Positions 58,259-64,000 of a stretch of 64,000 nt of DNA are shown here, one piece after another. The position numbers were made by a program, and so were the translations under genes. Each line of letters begins with the position of its first letter. Within the stretch, counting starts at the first letter, position 1. This stretch comes from the human T2T-CHM13v2.0 reference genome, Homo sapiens: assembly GCF_009914755.1 (NCBI RefSeq), contig NC_060927.1; one strand, given 5' to 3'. The notes beneath the pieces were generated by a model. It saw only the letters and a program-made list of their open reading frames with translations. It had not been told where the DNA came from and ran no database searches.

Positions 58259-59163
58259 TGATATATAAAATAACTATTACAAGGTAAATAACAAAAAATT
58301 GATAAAAATTACAAAAGCCAAAAATGAGTTTATTATAAGCAAGAAACTTAAAGTACAAAGGGAGAATGAAATTTAAATAATGGGATGAAAAACATGTGCC
58401 ATACAAACATAAGAAAGTTGTGTGACTGTATTACTGTAAGAAAATAGACCTCAGAACAATGAGTATTACTGTAGGCATGAAAGAATATATCAAAATTATA
58501 ACAGGGTTCATGTACATTAAACAAAGTGTTCATATACTTAACAATAGAGCTTCAAAATACCTAAAACAAATAAAAAGACAGTATTAAAGGCAAAAATAGA
58601 AAAATATACCATCGTACTTATAGATGCTAACATTACTATCTCAGCAATTGTTGGAACAAATTTTAAACATCAGAAATTACATAGAAGCTTAGTACAAAAA
58701 TTTCACCTGATTTGACCTAATAGGCATTTATCAAATACTATATCATACAGCTGTGGAATGCAACATTTTCAAATGCATATTTTTAAAGTCTCAAAGGGAG
58801 ACCATATAGAAGGCTAGCAAATAAAACTCAATAAAGATAAAATAATTGAACTAACGTAGAATATGTTCTTAAAACACAACAAAATTGTGTTAGAATAAAA
58901 GATAATAAGATGCAGAATTCCTGAACGATGTCAAAATTAAGGAACTCACCTCTAAATTATACAAGGTCAAAGAATAAATCATTAAGACATTTAAAAAATA
59001 TTTTGATTTAGATGACAAAAGCAAAACATATCAAATGTATAAGATCATCTACAACAGTACTACAAGGGAAATTTATGGTTTAGAATTTTTATATTAAAAG
59101 ACAAAAAGTTTAAAACGAATGAGCTACACAGAGTAAACCCAACATAAGTACAAGAAAGGAAAT

Positions 59164-59552
59164 TTTATTAGTCCAATCTCATACTGCTATGAAGAACTAT
59201 CTGAGACTGAGTAATTTATGAAGAAAAGAGGTTAAATTGACTCACATTTCTGCAGGCTACACAGGAAGCATGGATGGGAAGACCTCAGGAAACTTACAAT
59301 CATGGCAGAAGGGTGAAGGGGAGGCAAGCACCTTCTTCACATGGCAAGAGAGAAGAAGAGAGAGAACAAAGGGAAAGGTGCTACACACATTGAAACAACC
59401 AGATCTCATGAGAACTCACTCACTGTTACAAGAATAGCGAGGAGGAAATCTGTACACATTATCCAATTACTTGTCACCAGGTCCCTCCCTTAACATTGAG
59501 AATTACAATTCATTATGAGATTTGGGTGGGGAAACAGAGCCAAACGATATCA
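59164..59552 (-). mobile_element. MSTA solo LTR
   Basis: ..CTCAGGAAACTTACAATCATGGCAGAAGG..AGAGCCAAACGATATCA; perfect TSD GAAAT. Confidence 0.9.
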
Positions 59553-59814
59553 GAAATAGAGACTAAAAATTATTTATATGGGAATAAAGAAAATACACAA
59601 AGTTAGATTGGTTCTTAAAAAGATTATTAAAATTGATACATCACTAGACTGACCAACAAAAAAAGAGAGAAAATACAAAGGATCAATACCAAGAATAAAG
59701 CAGGAAATGTGACCATAACCCCTACAGTATTTAGAAAGATAGTAAGAGACTATTATGAATAACGTGCCTACAAACCTGATGATGTAGATGAAATAGACAA
59801 GTTCTATTAGAACT

Positions 59815-62074
59815 GTGATTAGATCACAGGGACAGTTTCCTCCATGCTGTTCTAATGATAGTGAGTTAGTTCTTACAAGGTCTGATGGTTTAAAAGTGTG
59901 AGCCAGTTCCCCCACCCCACCCCTGCTTTTTTCAACTGCTCCACCATTGTAAGACGTGCTTGTTTCCCCATTGCCTTCCACCATGATTGTAAGTTTCCTG
60001 AGGCCTCCCAGTCATGTTTCCTTTTAATCCTTTCAAACTGTGAATCAATTAAACCTTCTTTCTTCATAAATTATGCAGACTCGGGTAGCTCTTTATAAAA
60101 GTGTGAGAATGGACTAATACAGAAAATTCATACCAGGAGAGTGGGCCACTGCTATAAAGATACTTGAAAACATGGAAGTGACTTTGGACCTGAGTAATGG
60201 GCAGAGGTTGGAACAGTTTTGAGGGCTCAGAAGAAGACAGGAACATGTGGGAAAGTTTGGAATTTCCTGGAGATTTGTTGAATGGTTTTGACGAAAATGA
60301 TGATAGTTATATGGACAACAAAACCCATACTGAAGTGGTCTCAGATGGAGATGAGGAACATATAGGGAACAGAAGCAAAAAAAAAAAAATCTCTCTTGCT
60401 ATGCTTTAGCAAAAAGACTGGTGTCATTGTGCCCCTGCTCTAAGGATCTGTAGAACTTATATCTTGGGGTGACTTAAGGTTTTGGGAGAAAGAAATTTCT
60501 AAGCAGCAAAGTGTTCAAGATATGGCTTAGCTGCTGCTAACAGCATACAGTCATGTTTTCACAAAGAGATGGTCTGAAATGGGAACTTACATTTAAAAAG
60601 GAAGCAAAGCATAAAAGTTTGGAAAATTTGCAGCCTGACTATGTTGCAGAAGAGAGAGAGGGAAAAAAAAACACACATTTTCTAGGTAGAAATTCAAGCT
60701 GGTTGCAGAAATTTGCATGAGTAAGGAGGAGCCAAATGTTAATTGCCATGACAATAGGGAAAATGTCTCCAGGGCATATGAGAGAACTTTGTGACAACCC
60801 CTTCCATCACAGGCCCAGAGGCCTAGAAGGGAAAAATAACTTCATGGGCTGGGTCCAGGCGCCCACTGCTCTGTGCAGCCTTGGGACATGGTGCCCTGCG
60901 TTCCAGCCACTCCAGCTCCAGCTGTGGCTAAAAGGGACCAAGGTATAGCTTGAGCCATTGCTTTAGAGGGTGCAAGCCCTAAACTTTGGTGGCTTCCTAG
61001 ATTTCAGAGGATGTATGGAAATGCCTGGATGTCCAAGGAGGTCTTTAGCAGGGACAGAGCCCTCATGGAGAACCTCTACCAAGGCAGTGTGGGGGGAATT
61101 GTGAGGTTAAAACCCTCACACAGAGCCCTATTGAGGCACTACCTTGGGAGCTGTGAGAAGAGGGTCACAGTCCCTTAGACCCCAGAATGATAGATCCACC
61201 AAGAGCTTGTACTGTGATCCTGGGAAAGCTGCAGGCACTCAATGACAGCCCAAGAAAGCAGCTTCAGGGTCTGCATCCTGCAGAGCCATAGAGTCAGAGC
61301 TGCCCAAGGCCTTGAGAGCCTACCCCTTGTGTCATTGTGGCTTGGATAGATGTGAGACAAGGAGTCAAAGGAAATCATTTTGGAGCTTTAAGATTTAATG
61401 GCTGCCTTGCTGGGTTTCAGACTTGTGTGGGGCCTGTAACCCCTTTGTTTTGGCCAATTTCTCCCATCTAGACTGGGAGCATTTACCGAATGTTGGTACC
61501 GCCATTGTATCTTGGAAGTAACTAACTTGATTTTAATTTTACAGGCTCATAGGCAGAAGGAACTTACCTTGTCTCAGATGAAGCTTTGGACTTGGACTTC
61601 TGAGTTAATGCTGGAATGAGTTAAGAGTTTGAGGGACTGATGGGAAGCATGATTGGTTATGAAATGTGAGAAGGACATGAAATTTGGGAGGATCCAGGGG
61701 CAGAATGATATGGTTTGGCTCTGTGTTCCCACCCAAATCTCATCTTGAATTATAATCCCTAGATGTTAGGGGAGGGACCTGGTGGGAGGTGATTGGATCA
61801 ATTTCCCCCATGCTGTTCTCATAATAGCAAGTGAGTTCTCATGAGATCTAATGGTTTAAAAGTGTGTGGTAGTTTCTTCCTTCTTCTCTCTCCTGCTTTG
61901 CAATGGTAAATTGTGCTTGCTTCCCTTTCACCTTCCACCATGATTGTAAGTTTCCTAAGGCCTCCCAGTCATGTTTCCTGTTAAGCCTTTGGTACTGTGA
62001 GTCAAACACCTTTTCTTCACAAATTCCTCAGTCTCAGGTAGTTTTTTTTAACAGTGTGAGAATGGACTAACACA
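59815..62074 (+). mobile_element. MSTA provirus (5'LTR truncated 59815-60121, internal 60122-61705, 3'LTR 61706-62074)
   Basis: LTR ends GGACTAATACA/GGACTAACACA; internal ORF remnant 60197-60409. Confidence 0.9.
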
Positions 62075-62102
62075 GATGTCCTTAATTAAACATTAGAAAA
62101 TC

Positions 62103-64000
62103 TATATTAGTTTGTTCCCCATTGCTATAAAGAAATACCTGAGACAGGGTAACTTATAAAGGAAAGAGCTTTAGTTAGCTCACAGTTTACAAGCTGTACA
62201 GGAAATATGATGCTGGCCATTGGCTGGGCTTCAAGGAAACCCTTAGGAAACTTACAATCATGGCAGAAGGTGAAGGGGAAGCAGGTTTGTTTTACATGGC
62301 CAGACTAGGAATAAGACTAATGTGGGTGATATGGTTTGGCTCTGTGTCCTCACCCAAATCTCATCTTGTAGCTCCCATAATTTCCATGTGTTGTGAAAGG
62401 GACCTGGTAGGTGATGACTGAATTATGGGGATGGATCTTTCCTGTGCTGTTCTTGTGATAGTGAATAAGTCTCATGAGATCTGATGGCTTTAAAAATGGA
62501 GTTTGCCTACAGAAGCTCTCTCTTTGCCTGCTGCCATCCACCTAAGATGTGATTTGCTCCTCCTTGCCTTCCACCATGATTTGGAGGCCTCCCTAGCCAT
62601 ATGAAACTGTAAGTCTGATTAAACCTCTTTTTTTGTTTTTTGTAAATTGCACAGTCTCAGGTATGTCTTTATCAGTCACGTGGAAATGGACTACTACAGT
62701 GGGGAAAGTGCCACACACTTTTAAACAACTGGATATCATGAGAACTCACTAACATGATGACAGCACCAAGGGAAGATGGTGTTAAGTGGATTATGGTGTT
62801 AAATGCTTCCATAATCCAATTACTTTTCACCAGTCCCCACTTCCAACATTGAGGATCACAACTGAACATGAGATTTCGGTCGGGACACAGATCCAAATCA
62901 TATTATTCTATCCCAGGTTCCTCCCAAATCTCATGTCTTTCTCACACTGAAAAATACAATTATGCCTTATCATCAATCCATTGAAGTCTTAACCCATTCC
63001 AGCATTAACTCAAAAGTTCTGTCTCATCTGAGACAAGGTAAGTCCCTTCTGCCTATCAGCCTACAAAATCCAAAGCAAGCTAGTTACTTCCAAAATACAA
63101 TGGGGGTACAGGCATTGAGTAAATATTCCCATTCCAAAATGGAGAAAAAGGCCAAAAGTAAGGGGCTACAGGGTCCATGCAGTTCCAAAATCCAGCAGGG
63201 TAGTCAAGAAATCTTAAGGCTCCAAAATAACCTCTGTTGACCCTATGTCTTACATCTAGGGCACATTAGTGAAAGTGGTGGTCTCCCCAGGCTTTGGTAG
63301 CTCTGTGCCTGTGGCTTTGCAAAGTTCAGCCCCCATGGCTGATCTCAAGGGCTGGCATTGAGTGCCTATGGCTTTTCCAGGTGCAGGATGCAAACTACCA
63401 ATGGATCTACCTTTCTGGGGTCTGGAGGTTGGTGGCCCTCTTTTCACAGCTCCACTAGGCAGTACCTCAGTGACGACTCTGTGTAGGGGATCCAACTTCA
63501 CATATCCCCCTTTCACTGACTTAGTAGAGGTTCTCCATGAGGGCTCCACTCCTGCAGCAGGCTTCTGCCTGGACATCCAGACTTTTCCATATATCCTCTG
63601 AAATTTAGGTGGAGACTCCCAAGCCTGAACTCCTGCACACTGCACTACAGGCTTAACACCACATGGAAGCCATCAAGACTTATGGCTTGCACTCTCTGGA
63701 GCAGTGAATCAAGCTGTGCCTGGGCCCCTTTGAGCAGTGTCCCAAGGCTGCACAGGGCAGTGGGACCCTGAACTTGGCCCATGAAACCATTCTGTCATCC
63801 TAAGCCTCCAAGCCTGTGATGGGAACAGCTTCTGCAAAGGACTCTGAAATGCCTTCAAGGCCTTTTCCCATTCTCTTAGCTATTGGCATGTGGCCAACTT
63901 TTAGATATATAAATTTTTGCAGCCTGCTTGAATTCCTTCCATGAAAATTGGCTTTTCTTTTCTACCACATGGCCAGGTTGCAAATTTTCCAAACTTTTAT
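62103..64000 (-). mobile_element. MSTA/B provirus (3'LTR 62103-62905, internal continues past the window)
   Basis: Antisense LTR followed by antisense purine tract and MST-int; ORF remnant 63256-63645. Confidence 0.88.
62327..62698 (+). mobile_element. THE1B-like solo LTR inserted in the MST LTR
   Basis: TGATATGGTTTGGCTCTGTGTCC..GGACTACTACA; perfect TSD GTGGG. Confidence 0.92.

Larger units (their letters stand above)
56540..59812 (+). mobile_element. Old L1M (L1MC/ME-age) ORF1-ORF2 fragment hosting younger inserts
   Basis: A-rich degenerate ORF1 (AGGATCAATGAAGCTGAAGACAG) and EN-region sequence (TTGACCTAATAGGCATTTAT). Confidence 0.75.

Overview
AT-rich, CpG-depleted primate (human-like) genomic DNA, intergenic or deep intronic. 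I find no supportable host protein-coding exon, RNA gene, CpG island or CRISPR-like array. The ORF track is explained by LINE-1 ORF1/ORF2 remnants, MaLR internal-ORF remnants and chance ORFs in repeats. The window is dominated by transposable elements: four MaLR proviruses (THE1B-like, THE1C-like, two MST), many solo LTRs including two three-layer LTR nests, three Alus, several L1s, L2/MIR relics and two hAT elements. I did not find a new biological system. The most interesting signals are: (i) four L1 insertions with different non-canonical structures (a TSD-flanked 5'-end-only L1 with ~137-bp monomers; a twin-primed inversion; a TSD-flanked L1 with a ~2.6-kb internal deletion that leaves an open endonuclease-only ORF2; a micro-inverted L1MA end), two of which break at the same 3'UTR spot; (ii) THE1 LTRs carrying the PRDM9 hotspot core CCTCCCT; (iii) an MLT2A LTR with DUX4-type motifs and a splice donor; (iv) two motif-dense candidate enhancers; (v) a tail-to-tail MST inverted repeat. 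Subfamily names are from recalled consensus sequences and need RepeatMasker/Dfam confirmation.
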